From: Macrostomum hystrix
Taxonomy: Eukaryota > Animalia > Platyhelminthes
Assembly (NCBI GenBank): GCA_950097015.1
Contig: CATNEN010000025.1
Coordinates: 992,001-1,056,000, forward strand
Direction of reading: 5' to 3'
DNA length: 64,000 bases
Below, piece by piece: positions 62,874 through 64,000 of the stretch. The notes under the pieces are model-generated. The model ran no database searches, was not told where the DNA came from, and saw only the letters and a program-made list of their open reading frames with translations. Both the position numbers and the translations under genes were made by a program. Position 1 is the first letter of the stretch. The number at the start of each line of letters is the position of its first letter.

Positions 62874-64000
62874 TCAATGAGCGCGAAACTGTCCTCCGAA
62901 TTCACCGAGAATTTCGCGCAGCCGCAGGCAGCCAGCCGCCAACTGTCGCTGCAGGCCGTCCAGTCTGTCGCAGACCAGCTTCGCCTTGGCCGGCTCAGAC
63001 ATGTCGCCGAAGCCTCGGCCCTCCAACTGAAGCTCGGCGTGCGCTGACCGGAGCGCCTGCTGAATGGTCTCGCCGATAGTAAGAACCATCGACTGCCACT
63101 TTTCTTCTGCCTCGTTGGCATCCAGCAGCACGCAGGTGTATTCCAGCAGGTAGCTCGACATCAGGGCGTAAGCCACGATCTGGTCGGAGCTGCCGACGGA
63201 CCTGCCGGCAGCCGAGAGCAGGCGGGCAGCCAGTCTAGCCTGGCTCTCCAGGAGGCGCGGGCCTTCATGTCTTGCGCGTCGAGTCCTGATGGCGGTGCAG
63301 TAAATTAGAGACCTCTCACTTGTCGGCGCCAGCAGGTCGTCTTCAGCGAAGAACTTCTTGAAAATGAGACTCGCCCGCTGGTCATTGCAGCTGTGATCCT
63401 GGGAATAAGCGCCGAGGCAGTCCCAGCAAAATTCGTGACCGCAGGCGCAGCTCATGTGTCTGCAGCCCTCGCCCTTCTCGACCAGAATCTGGCAGCCGGA
63501 GCACCTCTTGCCGCGGACTGAGGTCACTGCGAACAGTTCTCGCGAGCGCAGGTTGCCGTGGCCTTTGATTGCCAACTCGCTAAGGTATCTGCTCATTGGG
63601 AGTTTTCAAGAACAAAATGTCAAGAGACGTCCGAAATATTCTGGAAAAAAGTATTCACTCGAAGTTCCGGTTGACTTTACGCTAATTGTCCAACAAGCGG
63701 CTTACCGATCTGTAGTCTCGCAATCCACAGGCCAGTGCGGCTCCTGACCGCAGGCCAGGCAAAAGCTGGTCCAGCAGCTGCACAAGGCGTTCTTCCCGCT
63801 GTCGTCCGCAGCCACTAGAAGGCGTCCGCACCGAGGCAGCGGGCAGAACCGAGACGTCGGCAGGCTGCGCTGCCATGCTCGAAACGCGGCGCCGACCAAC
63901 GCTGGCAGCAGACGCTGCGGACAGAACCAGAGCAGGACGGCTGCGTCGAGCACTGTTGCACAACCGTTGGCCGGACACTCGACTCGCGTGCTGCCAGCCT
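62874..64000 (-). CDS. RBR (RING-IBR-RING) E3 ubiquitin ligase, Ariadne-like, 3' part; exons >64000-63706 and 63588-62874
   Basis: End of RING1 (VECPANGC), IBR (FCPLPRC..CSCWTSFCLACGQEPHWPVDC), 117-nt phase-2 GT-AG intron, RING2 (KRCSGCQILVEKGEGCRHMSCACGHEFCWDC) and a helical tail (SYLLEYTCV) resembling the Ariadne domain. Confidence 0.85.

Overview
Eukaryotic (animal) genomic DNA: GC-rich exons with poly-Ala/Gln tracts are separated by AT-rich spacers and about 25 tandem-repeat arrays, which make up very roughly a third of the window. The style resembles the flatworm Macrostomum lignano (inference, not confirmed). Six genes can be reconstructed by hand with canonical, phase-compatible splice sites: TULP4 (minus, 9675-13518), a disrupted alpha-SNAP-like gene (plus, 15717-16936), TTLL4 (plus, 21654-28230), ANKFN1/wide-awake (plus, about 40293-43986), the 5' part of an unc-13 gene with a C2A domain split over small exons that the ORF track largely misses (plus, 49715-62465+), and an Ariadne-like RBR E3 ligase (minus, 62874 to beyond 64000). 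Two more orphan exons lie at 1-257 (minus). There is a tRNA-derived SINE family and a second, unclassified hairpin-bearing dispersed element. Most long ORFs in the track are repeat artefacts. No prokaryotic system, CRISPR array or autonomous transposon is present. The most unusual signals are: tandem arrays paired with inverted copies of their own unit around short unique cores; the dispersed element sitting sense-strand in introns; a frame break at CCA-TGA-G in TTLL4; the stop-interrupted SNAP paralog; a 47-bp hairpin in unc-13 intron 1; and the unc-13/ARIH arrangement. Several frame breaks may simply be assembly indels.
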